64,000 bases of DNA, taken from the NCBI GenBank assembly GCA_039621445.1, contig CP154954.1, positions 21,712,954 through 21,776,953 on the forward strand, in the 5' to 3' direction. The position numbers and the translations under genes were made by a program. Source of the DNA: Euglena gracilis. Its lineage: Eukaryota. The notes under the pieces are model-generated. The model was not told the origin of the DNA. It saw only the letters and a list, made by a program, of their open reading frames with translations, and made no database searches. Below are positions 1 through 39,500 of this stretch, one piece after another; the first letter of the stretch is position 1; each line of letters starts with the position of its first letter.

Positions 1-707
1 GTTTGTATACCTCCCCCTCTAAGTCCAGCGAGTGAGCTTGTCCAACGACCCCCCCCCCAGTCAGATGCGGTCTTTTTGGATAGCCTGTTCATTGGCATGT
101 TTGTGGAAACAGCTCTGCAAAAAAGCGTGGCAAGAGGAAGATTGTGATTCGGAATCTTTTTCAATGACCGTTGATGGAGATCGCAAGGAATCATTTCGCG
201 GCGTTGTTCCGAGCTTGGGCGGGGAGGACCTTTTGGATGAGAGGTCCTTCCGCTCTTCCAGGGGGCAGCGCTGCACATGAGCTACCTCGATCCCCAAGAA
301 TTGCACGACCAGGGCTCGGTCTGAGGGGAATGCGGGAGTCAAATGGTTTTTGGTGGCCGAGTGTGTGGGTAGGTGGGTGGCTGAGTGGGTGGGAAAAGAG
401 GGGGAAAATGGTCATGGGGGGGCAGTGGGGTTCTTCGAGGGTCTTCGGGGGTGAGGGATTGGTGCCAAGGGATGAGCAATGCCACGATAGGAAATTTTTT
501 TGGGGCATGGGTTGTGGTGCCTCCGTTGAAGGCAAGTTCAGTAACTTCGTGCAGCTCTTTCATTTGTGTCGCATCAGCAACCCGTGTCCATCCACAACGG
601 ACGCATTTCACGGCGTTTGCCCTTCCTGTGGCAATGTTCCCCCCTTTGGCACTCCCGGGGGCCGCATGCCCCTCACGTCCAGTGTGGGTTCAACCCCTCC
701 CCATCCC

Positions 708-832
708 CAGGGTTTGATATAAGGAGGGCGTACATGGTTTAGGTGGGGGGGTGTCCCCCCCACCCCCCCCCCTCCTGGCCTGCAGGGGGGGTCCGGACCA
801 CCCCCCCCCACCTGTCTTTATATCGAACCCTG
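708..832. mobile_element. hAT-type MITE (125 bp) in an intron
   Basis: Ends CAGGGTTTGATAT ... ATATCGAACCCTG form an imperfect TIR; exact 8-bp TSD CCCATCCC at 700-707 and 833-840. Related ends recur at about 4291-4303, 6971 and 7890-7900. Confidence 0.8.
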
Positions 833-852
833 CCCATCCCCCCCCCCCACAG

Positions 853-1024
853 CCAACTGGGCCCGGTTTGGCTGCCACCAAGCCCTGGGCCCGGCCCCCC
901 GGCCCAGCGCCGGGCGGCCCTCCTCTCCGCCCGGGGCTTTGACTGCCGGTGCGAGGCGTGCCGGGCGGAGCTGCAGCCGGGGGCCAGCACGGGCGGCCGG
1001 TTCCGCCTGTGCTGGCGCCGCTGA
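853..1024 (+). CDS. Terminal exon of a SMYD-like SET-domain lysine methyltransferase (post-SET Zn motif); earlier exons not located, probably upstream of the window
   Basis: Pyrimidine tract + CAG acceptor ends at 852. Translation ...GPVW...AQRRAALLSARGFDCRCEACRAE...* matches the 'RR..L....F.C.C..C' post-SET signature of SMYD proteins. GC-rich codons; stop TGA at 1022-1024. Confidence 0.65.
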
Positions 1025-1276
1025 GGCCAGCACCACAGCGACGCTTTGGGGGGGGGGGGGCACTTTGGTGGAGTTGGTCGGTTGCCAGGGAGGGGAGCCT
1101 GGTCAGGACAGAAGTATACAATTCATTATATAAATAATAATAATATAATACAATATATTTATATATTATTACAATTATATAATATCATGTAAATATAAGT
1201 ATGATATGTGGTAATACAATGCAAGGTGGTAATGCAATCCAGCAGGTACAACGTTGCCGTGCCACCTGCATGCGAG

Positions 1277-1391
1277 CATTTTACAGGAGGTCAAACAGTC
1301 ATTTAAGGTGTTTGAAGCTCCACATTTAGCAAAAAGATTCAATGGATCAATGAGAATTCAAACATCGTCCACCAAATCCACCGTTTGCCAT

Positions 1392-1490
<99 letters not shown>

Positions 1491-1622
1491 CACACACACT
1501 CACAAAGAAATGGCAATGATGGATTTGGTAGACGATGGTTGAGTTTTCAATGACCCATTGAATGTTTTGGTAAATGTGGAGCTTCAAACATTTTAAATCC
1601 CTCTTTGACCTCCTGTAAAATG
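1277..1622. repeat. Foldback element: about 115-bp inverted arms around a (CA)n microsatellite (about 1393-1503)
   Basis: Left arm TTTTACAGGAGGTCAAA...GAAGCTCCACATTT...TTGCCAT is the approximate reverse complement of right arm ATGGCAA...AAATGTGGAGCTTC...TTTGACCTCCTGTAAAA. Confidence 0.8.
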
Positions 1623-2870
1623 GCTTTAAACAGCTTGAATGGTGCAAATGGCAAATAATATGTGTCTTTTGATATGATGGGGATCCCATGCTCTTGGCTT
1701 CAGCAACTTCTCCAACAAGAACCTAAAACTGAGGCACCGGAATTGTAAATTACAATTGAATTGACAAAGGTTGTGATTTCCCCGCAGTTTCACCTTTTAG
1801 CATGTTCAATTTTCACATTCAGAGCAACTGTCCCACAATAGACATAGATTTTTTTTTAGATCCCACCTGTATTTTTTTAAATTTCTCTATGATTTTGTCA
1901 ACGCCATTGTATTTTCTCAAAAAGGTTTTTTGCATCCATCATTTTAACTGTCCTTTGAATTTTTTTGTCCAATATTTTTCGACAAAATTTTCTCGCAGTG
2001 GATTCCCATCGTTCAGAATTCCTCTGTAGGTGGGAATGAAGATTGTTGAGCTCCCCGTGGCTTTCATCCAGTGTTCATGAATTTTGTACGCTTTTTTGGA
2101 TGTGCATTTCTTGTTGCTGAATAGCTGAAGGTTTGGACACACAATGATGCAGAGTTTGGGACAAAAACTACCCAAAATCATGATTTTCAAAACCCCGCCT
2201 ATAGCTTAAAATGGCCTAAAATGAAGGTGTAAAATGTTTTTTAACAGCTTGAACGGAGCAAATGGCAAATGATTGTGTCTTTTGGCATGGTGGGGATACC
2301 ATGCATGTGGCTTCAGCAAACTTCTCCAGCAAGAACCTAAAACTGAGGCACTTAGAACATTTGTTTAAATTGAGTCGAAAAAATTGCAATTTGCCCACAT
2401 CTACACTTCCATTTTGGCATGTTTGATTTGCACATCTGAGCAGCTGTCCTGCGATGCATATACTTTCAATTTTTGAATTTGAATTCAGTTGATTTGGAAA
2501 AATACAAGGTTTGGTATCAGGGCCATTGTGTTTCCTCAGAAAGGGTTTGTGCATCCACCATTTTGTCCGCCCAGATAACATTTTGTCCAACATTTTTCCA
2601 ACAAATTTTTTTATGCAGAAAATGCCTACCGTTCGGAATTCCTGGGAATAAATTAAGATTTCTTGAGTTTGCTGTGGTTTCGATTCAGTGCCAATGGATT
2701 TTACATGCTTTTTTAATGCTCATTTTCTTGTTTCTGAATTAAGTGAAGTTTTGCGCACACAATTACACAATTTTTGGGACAAAAATGACCCAAGATTATG
2801 ATTTTCAGAACCCATAGCTTACAGTGCCTTAAGATTGCCACAAATGGCCCAAAATGGCCTAAAAATGGCC
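1622..2870. repeat. Diverged tandem duplication of an approx. 620-bp unit
   Basis: AACAGCTTGAA..GCAAATGGCAAAT..GGCTTCAGCAA..AAGAACCTAAAACTGAGGCAC occurs at about 1628 and about 2243 with colinear similarity; a hAT-like end (TATAGGTGCTTG) follows at about 2898-2909. Confidence 0.65.
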
Positions 2871-4559
2871 TAAAATGGTCATATTTTTGGGCTTGACTAT
2901 AGGTGCTTGGATGTGAGAGCAGCGCTGTGGCATCGTCACCCATTTATTGCACATTTCATATATTTAACGCTCCAAGCCAGCCTGCAGGGGCACCTGCCCA
3001 TCACTAACCTTTCCTCCATCCCCACACAGTCACTCACGGTGGCACTCCACTGCACAAGGTTTGAAAATGCTCACGTTTGTACTGGGCAGTTTCGGGGCAT
3101 CGTCAAAATGCCCTCCCACTCAGTAGGATTGGTTCAATATGGGGGTGTCACAGCTATAAATAGGGGGGGTGCCACTCTCCCCATCTGGCAGGATTGTATG
3201 GGGAAGAAATGGTTTTTTTGTTTCAATGAGGGGGTCTCCGCACCCACCACCTGGGCCCTGGGGGGGGGGGGGAGTGCCTCCCCTCCTCCCCTAGGAGGGA
3301 GGAGGGGAGGTGATCGGACCCCCTGTACAAAACCAACGCTCGCTTAACACCCTGGTGGGGGGGGGGGGCAGGTGGTCGGACCCTCCCACCCACCACCCAC
3401 AGGGTTTCAGGGATTCCCGGCGCTTGGCGCCAGCAGACTTATGTTTTATCATGTGTTTTGGAGAAAAAAAATTGCCTGACAATTTCGGGCATTTTTTTGC
3501 AGCCCCCCCAAAAAACATTTTCCGCCACTTCGCGCCAGGTTTTTTTTTCTCCGGGGACCATCTCCCCTTCCCACGGGAGGTGGGTCCGGGACCACCCCCC
3601 TCCCCCCTCTCACTTCATGCCCTCCCCCCCCACCCACCACCCCTTCCTGTATTTCCAGGGGCGGTATTCGGTCCAATTTTTTCCTTCGGCGCCGAAGGAG
3701 TTTTCCTTCAGGCGGTGCCGTGGTGGGGGGAGACCCCCCCCAGGCTTTCTCGTCCAGCCCTCGCCCCGGGGCCGAAAATATCTGGCCCCGGGTCCCTTGC
3801 CCCGCCCACTCCCGCTTTTGGCCCACGAGGCACGGCCCCAAAGGCAGCAGGGGACAAGGGTGGGAAAGAGAAAACCCACCACACGGTTGCCCATGCAAGG
3901 GACCTGCCCCCCCCCCGTTTCTGCTTCACCCCAAAAAGGGGTTCTGGAGTTAAAAGGAATAGGGGCGCACAACTTTCAGGACTGGTCTGGAGGACCGCTC
4001 CGGATTAGGCCAAATTCAAGCTTAAAAACTATTACCCTAACCCTAATCTTTTCAACGACCTAAACCCCTTTGCTGGTTTGGGGCAGCAGAAACCCCCCAG
4101 GGGCCTTGTACTCCCCCATGCCATGATTTTGCCACCCAAATTTTTATCTTCCTTTTGGGTAATATGTTATGGTTTTAATGCTCTTTTGTTTTTTTTTCTT
4201 CTTGGAGGCAAAGACCTCCGGGCCGAAACAGCGTTTGGGGTGTGTCCCCTCCTGTTGGACCAATGCAGGGGGGCAATCTCATCAACCTTCATATCGAACC
4301 CTGCCAGCACGGTCATTTTTGGAGCAGTCCCAAAGATTAACTTCACGGGGCAGATCGCTAGCATAAGGGCTCGGACTTGGGATTGAGAGTACTGCCCCAG
4401 AGAAGCACCCGGGACCCCCCAGCCCAGGACCCCAGAAATCCAAAATTTTCTTCCATCTCTTGGCACCTTTTTTTGACATTTTTGACATTTTGGGTTTATG
4501 TTGCTGGTGTCCACGCCCCCCCCACTCTTGGACCAGAGGGGGGGGGTCCGGACCTGCCA

Positions 4560-4960
4560 AGGGCAGGGCAGAACGGAAATCGGCCGAACAGCCAGGGTGG
4601 GGGGGGGGGGTTGACCACCCCCCAGCACCCTCTTCCTGTATTTCCAGGGAAAAAAATTCTTCCGGTGCCAAAGGCGCTGGGTGTTTTTTTGACCCATATG
4701 GGAGGTCACTCCCAAAAACCCCTAAAACCCCATTTTTTCACACCTTCCAAAATTTCAACATTTTCTCAGAAATTCTATTTTGAGTGGTCTTTGAAGCAAA
4801 AAAAAATTGCCATTGAAAGTCCAAAAAAGAATCCAATGAAAAAAATGTCAGTATAATTTGATTGTGCCAAAATTTGGTCGAATTTTTTTGACCTGCCTTT
4901 TATCACCCCCTCCTAAAAGCCACCAATTATTAAACCTGAAATTTTCGAGATTTTTTTTAT
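4560..4960. repeat. Dispersed repeat, second copy at about 8215-8610
   Basis: Shared blocks CCGGTGCCAAAGGCGC, CACACCTTCCAA, AAAAAAATGTCAGTA..TTTGATTGTGCCAAAATTTGGT in the same order. Confidence 0.7.
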
Positions 4961-6105
4961 GAAGAAATAGAGGGGTGCCATTTGGTGATTGAGCCAGTGC
5001 AAATAGTGGTGTTTTGCTTCCACGGGCACCTTTGCATGGTTGAAGTAAGGTTGTCCGTTTGATACATTCCCTCCTATTGAACACTCTCCACATGATGTTG
5101 CCCCCTTGGGGACCGATTATTATTGGGTGTGTATGGGGAACCCATCGGTATGCCACCATTGGAGGGGCATTCCAACCGATTATTGTAATTGGTGTGTCGG
5201 TATGCATAACCCCATGATGACCTCTGACGTTGGCTTACACATCCATTTTTGTTTTCACTATTATGTTCGATACCTGTAGTGGATCCAAAAAAAAGGGAAC
5301 CCGAATATATCACGTTGGGCAGCCCTCATTTTTGAGGGCTAATGAATCTGAAACAGGGGTTTTCTTGAGCCGGAGGGGACCTTACCCCTGGGGGGGGGGG
5401 GCTCCAGCCAGCCAGCGCCTTTTTCCAGCCGAACCGCGGGACCCCCCCCCGCCTGCGGTCCTTAAGAGAACCCTTAATCTGAAAATCTCACAACGGCGAA
5501 AGGCATTCATCAGTCAAAGAGGCTACAATTCACCGGGGGGGAGCACTGGCAAACGGCGCCAACAGAAGAAATACATTTAGCCTTTTGATGAGGCCTTTTG
5601 ATGAGTGCCTTCTCGTTCTCTGGATTCTAGTTGTGAAGTTTAAAAGAATGAAGTTTTCATTTTTTTGGGTGCAAACAGGATCCCAATGGGAGCTGACGTT
5701 CCAGACAACAACCTCTGAACTGGACCCCTCTGGGCAGTTAAAGAATAAGGCATCCCAAAACACATCACAAATCCAATTTTGTTTTCAACCATTGGCCAGA
5801 ATGCATTGATTTTCCGCCATTTTTTTGACCCAAGTGGCTGGAGTCATCGACCTCCGGGGTCAGAATGGAATTCAACAAGTGACCTGCTGGTCGTTTTGCA
5901 AGTGGAAATTTCCCATGTCCCTGTCCATGGAAAGGCAGTAGACCAGTTTCAATAGCAGGGGGAATTGTTATGGACCTCATGGGCAGAAGGTTGGGTACAA
6001 AAAATGATCCGCATCCAAACTTAGTCAAAAAAGCCAAACTACAAAATGGCCAAAAGAATCACAATGGATACAATATGTTGAGAAACACGACCCCATTGCC
6101 TGCAG

Positions 6106-33805
<27,700 letters not shown>

Positions 33806-34297
33806 GTGTGTGTCAAGCCCCCCCCCCCACATAACCGAATTCCAATCCCCTGCTCCATTTTTCCATTGGGCTCCCATTCTGACATTTCAAAAAGGCTCAG
33901 TGACCAAAAGGATCGGGTTGCGGAGGGAAACAATGAAGCAGCATTCTTGTTGCTCCAGATCCGGGGCAGCAGTTTGTTTTGGCTGTGGCAACCAGCGGCG
34001 ACCGACTGCGACGAAAGCAGGAACAGAGGTCAAAGAAGATGCAACCGGCGTAATGGGGCGTTCTGGCCACCACCACTGCCCTGGTCTGGTGACGTTTCGC
34101 CCGGCGTTTTTCCCGAATCAAGCCATGTCACATATGTCACGTGTGACCGTGTGGCACAGGGCTCTTCCCTGCCGAGACTGCTTTGTGCCATTATCCCTGT
34201 CACCCCCCAGGGCCTGGGCAGGCACAGGAGGGGGGGCACAGGTTGGCTGGCAGCCAGCCTGCCTCTGGTGTGAGCCAGCCCGCATCCTTTGCTCCAG

Positions 34298-34518
34298 GTT
34301 TCCTGGGGTCCTTCGTCGTCCTGCACCCGTCCGGCGACCCCGACGCCCCCGCTGTCGTGGCCGCCGCCACCACCGCTGCGCTGGCGGCCGCCGCCCTCGC
34401 GGCTGCCGCAGCGTCGGCCGTCCACCGCACGCCGCGCGGTGGTGACCGCACGCCGCGCCTCCGGTCCCCGCCCCAGACCCCCCGCCCCGAATGGGACAGC
34501 CGCATCATTGCGAGCAGG
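34298..34518 (+). CDS. Probable further exon (GFLGSFVVLHPSGDPDAPAVVAAATTAALAAAAL...EWDSRIIASR), possibly of the repeat-protein gene
   Basis: TTTGCTCCAG acceptor in phase 1, compatible with exon 33752-33805; very GC-rich codon pattern; donor position uncertain. Confidence 0.5.
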
Positions 34519-36484
34519 GTCGGGTCAGAAGCCCAGCACACCCCCAGATGGGGCTTTTTCGGGGGTGGGGAGCAAGGGCCTGTTGGGGGGCATTTCCTAA
34601 TGCGCCCCCCTATTGGTTGGCAGCCTATAGGCGCATCAGGGGAAGACCCATGAGGTTCAGACAGGGCTCCCTCCACCCTGCCTGTGTCCCTGCCCTGCAA
34701 GCCCACGCCTCCAAGGCTCCAAGCAGGGCGGTGCACCCCCGATGGCACGCACATCAGATGAAAAAGGTTCTGTTGTCGTGTTGAAAATGCACAAGGTTGA
34801 GACATTACGCTGATGGTGTGATGGGAGGTGCAAAAATAAAACTCTCCGTGGTGGGTGGCAGTGCCAGGGTGGCGCCGCCCTGCCTCCGCCGGGAAAGCCG
34901 CCCCACGTAAAGCCTCACGTCCCCGCCGTCCCCCTCCTCCTTCTCCAGGGCTGAACAGGAATCCCGGAAACCAACAGGTGGTGATTGTGGAGGTCCGACC
35001 CCACCACCCCCTTCCCGTTTTGCAGGGGCACCGATTTTACAGTAACGTTGTCTTCCGCCGCAGTCCGGCCCACACCATTGCTTGAGGTGTGTCCAACCCC
35101 ACCCCCTCTCGGGGGGTGACTGACTGGTTGTTGTTATTTTTGGAATGACTGACTGGTTTTGGTTTTTGGCTCCAACCCACCCCCGGGGGTGGGTTGGCCA
35201 GGATTGGCTAAAAGTGGCCACCCAGCGCCGAGGGCACCGGAAAATTTGTTGGAGCCAAAGTGGCCAACCCCCTCCCCCTTGAGGGGGTGTAGGAAGTGAC
35301 TGACTGGTTTTTGAAGTGACCCTCCTCCTTTGGATGGGACAGCCAACCCCCCAGACCGTCCCATACAGCCCTGCTCAATCCCCGTCTCTGTTGGGCACCT
35401 GCTTTGCAAGTGCCCAGGAACGTTATGCGGTGTACAGCTCTGCCTCTCTCCCCCTTGACTCGACCTGCAACGCCCCACCTGGGCACTTTCTGTGGGTTGC
35501 GCAGCGGGCTTGGGCTAAAGGGCCAACCACCACTCAGTGAGGGCAAAAGCACTCTGGAAGGGCAAAGGTGTGAAGTCAAAATTGTTGTTTTTTTGTCCAA
35601 AGAAACTATCCCAAATTTCTTTTTAATTTTAGCGGGTTTGCTTTCAGGGGAAGGCAAATCCGGGGTGGGTGATTGGGGTGGTTCTCAGGAGCAGGTGTTT
35701 TCTCAAGGCGAGGGGATGCTGCCCTCAGGGGGTCCTGCCAGCCAGCACCTTTCTTCCAGACAGTCTCCCAGCCGGACAGCCATCCCAGCCCAGACAGACA
35801 TCTCCCAGCCGGTCTGTGGAAATAAAGTTTGGATCAGCCCAGCAAAGCGCCGAAAAAAAAATAGGTGGAAAGGGTGTAAAATGACAAAAAATGTCATTTT
35901 TGAGGTTTTGAAGCTTTGGGTTTTCATGTCCAAAGTTTGGCTGAAAAATTCCAACCTTGCTGGATTTGGGCGTATTTGCTTGTTTTTTAGGGTATCCAGG
36001 TCCAGCTGCCAGCCGACTGTACCCCCACATGTCAGATGTGGGACGACGCATATGAACCCCCGCTTTCCTGCACTGCCCTTTCCCTGGGTCACCTGCATGA
36101 ATCCAGTATACCCCTTTGACCGCTGAGTGACTCAATCCCCCTTTCAGTGCAGCCCGGCGCATAAGAAGCAGGGGGGGGGGGGGGGCGACGTCAGCCGTCC
36201 CCCCCCCCAAGGATGGATATTGATATTGGGTTTAGGGGGGGTCCCGATACATTTGGATAGATTGACACACTGATATCCTCGATAAAAGTCGATAAACCGA
36301 TTTGATCATTTTGTGCCCCAATATCCTCATTTTTGTGATTTGGAGAATCCCAAAGCCGCCCAGAAAAAAACAACAACAAAAACTACGTCCCCCCCAATAG
36401 AGCCAATATTTCACAATATTTTTTTCGGCCCGATAAATTCAAGGTCGTCAATAAGGCCGATTTGGGCCGATATCCAATATCCAT

Positions 36485-36504
36485 CTTTGCTCCCCCGTCC
36501 CCAG
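36485..36504 (+). promoter_or_regulatory. Putative spliced-leader trans-splice acceptor of rbcX
   Basis: CTTTGCTCCCCCGTCCCCAG pyrimidine tract + AG, 5 nt before the ATG at 36510; SL trans-splicing is general in euglenozoans. Confidence 0.5.
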
Positions 36505-36509
36505 CACCA

Positions 36510-39500
36510 ATGCCCGCCGCGACGGACCCCCAGGGGCCGCGGGCCGCGGCCTTGTGGTGCGGCGTCGTGGTCGGCGCCGCCTTGGGCTGCGGCTGCGTCA
36601 GCGTGGCGGCCAAGCCCCCGCTTGGACCGGCCGGAGGCCCCCGCTTGGACCGGCCGGAGGCCCCTGCGTCATGCCGCATGTCATGCAACCACATCACGGC
36701 ATGCCGTCATGTCATGCCGTCACAGCATGCCGCCATGTCATGCCACCACGTCACGTCATGCCGTCACGCCATGCCGTCGCGTCATGCTGTCACGTCATGT
36801 CGCCCCTGGGACCTGTGGGACGACCTCGGGTGTTGAGGTAGGTGGTGGGGGAGGGGCGGGTCAATGTGGTGGGGGGGGTCTGGACCACCCCAAGATGTTG
36901 GGAGGGGGTCCAGGACCCAAACCTGGTTGCCAGCCAAAGTTTCAAGATTTTTCTTCTGGCGCTTCGTTCCGGAGGTGGAAAAAAATTGCATTTTCGCGGA
37001 TTTTCGCGGATTTTTTTTTGAATTTTTAGCTTTCTTTTTAATATTTTTTAGCACTCTTCAGCACTTTTATGTTTTGGTGATTTCTCACCTTTTTGATCAT
37101 TTCTTGATGTTTCTTTTTTTTGCATTTTTTGTTTTTTCTGAAAGGTTCATTTTTTTCAGAAAAATTCACATTTCAAAAACATTTTTTTTAAATTGTTCGC
37201 GAGTTCTCCCAGAGTTTCCTTGGGGGCGGTAGTTTGCTGAAAACAAATGTGAAGGCTTGAATTTTTTTCCTTGACATTAATTTTTTACATGACTTCAGAA
37301 TTTAATTTGAATTTCAAAGTATTTGTGTATGTTTAATTTGTGTTTTTCCCTCATCAATCCTCTTTTCCATCAATCTTTCAAGCCTCTAAACCATTTTCTT
37401 TTCTAAACCATTTTCGATTGATTTTTTTGTTTTTGCAGTCTTTTTTTTTGTTTTTTCCCCACCTCTCATTTTTTTAAGGGAAAATAAAGAATAATTGTGG
37501 TGGATTTGTGGTATTTGAAATCATTAATTTTTGATATCCGTTAATGTATTTTTGTCTCCTATTAGTCTCATAAAACATTCAAACTGCAGAAAATTATTTT
37601 CCTGCATATTTAAAAAAAATTGAAAAAAATTAAATAAATGTTCTTCCTGAATACAAAAAAAGACACAACAAATCTCATTCCCCCCCCCTCAAAAACCAAT
37701 TAAAATTACAAAGGTCTCTTGTCTCTTATATCTTTTGAGTTCTTTACTCACAAGTATTTTTATCAAGAATAATTTATTTCTGGTGTTGTTTTGTTGTTTT
37801 TAAGAACGTTAAAAAAATATTTTTTCAAATGCTGAATTTTCATTGATTTATGTTTTCAGATTGATCCGTTTGTTTTTTTTTTGTCTTGTGCTGAAGCATT
37901 CGAGAATTCCCATACTTTTATGACGCAACGGTGATAAAATGCAATAAAATTTAGAAAAATGTAAAAAAAAATATTGGAACAAAGTTTTGTGTGCATTTTT
38001 TTTTTGAATTCAGGATTTCTTTTTGTATTTTGGGAATTTCGGGTATTTTCTTTGGTTCATAATGTGGTGAAGGTGAAGAATGACAATTTTTGACATTATC
38101 TTCGAAAAATTCAGGGTTCTTTCAACAATTGTTCACCGGTGTCTTCACCCTCGGCCGTTTCCCGAACCAAAAAAATATCTTAAAACCTCGTCGGTTTCGA
38201 GGAAGGGGGAGTCTGACCTTCATAGGGTTTCCCATACATCCCTGTGCAGCCCCCACCTCACGACCACGTTCAAATCCACCCACACCGCAACGGGAGAGAC
38301 ACACAAACGCCCACACAGACCATTAATTTGCCACCCATTTTCTCAACACAGGACAAATGTTTATTTTTTGGGAAAATGAGCAGAAAAGGCAGGGATGAAC
38401 AGGCAGACAGGTGTTTTTTTTTACACCAACCATATAAAGGCTTTGGGCCAAAAAAAAAATAATTTGGCAATATTTTGGCAATATTTTGGCAAACCACACA
38501 CCCAATAAATTTCTGAAAGATGGGGACTTGCAGGCGATCCACGCCGGCGCACAGGACGGCCAGCAGATGCGTGCGGTTGCCAGCCGTGTGGTGGTGCGGA
38601 TGGCCCACAGCCAGGCGGCAAACAATGTGTTTAACACAGCGAACCACCACTCCGGCCGCTATGGCAGCCCCAGGTGTTTGTCTTCAAACTGGCGCGAATG
38701 CGGTGTTGTTGTTTTTTTACACACGAGAGAGATCCCAGTGGTGTCATCCACTCCTCCATATCAGTCATATTGTTACATGCTGTCAGTGAAAAGGCCTCCC
38801 CATCAAAGCACATCAGTTTTGTCCAGGTTTTATCCCCTCTGTGGCGTTGGTTTGGATTAACTTGCAATCGTCCCCCCCCCAACCAGTGCACATATCTGGT
38901 GCTCAAGTGATTGTGCACCTCCAGAGCAGCCAAAATCATGGCTTTGATGAGTGACCCCCCTAGGCCAAAAATCCATCGGGAGAGACTTTTTTAAAAAAAA
39001 TGAAGCTGTTGATTGCTTTTTTGCCATAGATAGACTAATTTTTTTCCAGTGAAAAAAGCTTGTAAAACGCCCATTTCGAGGACCTTTGGTGTGTCCTTAA
39101 TAAGTGTGCATCCCTGGCGTTCTGAAACAATGTATTTTCACAAATTTCTGCATCTGCATTATTGAGGGATTATTTGTGACAGCTTTTTTTCCCCAGCGCA
39201 AGCTTTTTCTGCGTGTGGTATTATCTTTCTTTATTGCTTTATGATATTTCACGCCATGCATAATGTGCTTCATTTAACTGGCCAGAATCGCAGTCAATTG
39301 AAGTCATTTTCAAAAGCCCAGCGGCATAATGGGGCCCTGCACATTGCAAGGTATGTCTAACCTGTAATTCAATGCCATTGGGGGGGGCCATCCCACCATG
39401 TTTTCACCGTTTGTCATTGCAATGATGGGACGGTGTCCATCTGTGCAATGCCCAGACTCCTTTACACCCATCTCCACCATTCTGATGCACACGGTGGAAG

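Noticed and set aside
3712-3830. Candidate first exon of the repeat-protein gene (AVPWWGETPPRL...)
   Set aside because: Good acceptor but no ATG and no GT donor in the given sequence; the region looks error-prone, so it cannot be supported.
33959-35085. Candidate terminal exons at 33959 and 34868
   Set aside because: Several frames and donors are equally plausible; the gene end cannot be fixed without transcripts.
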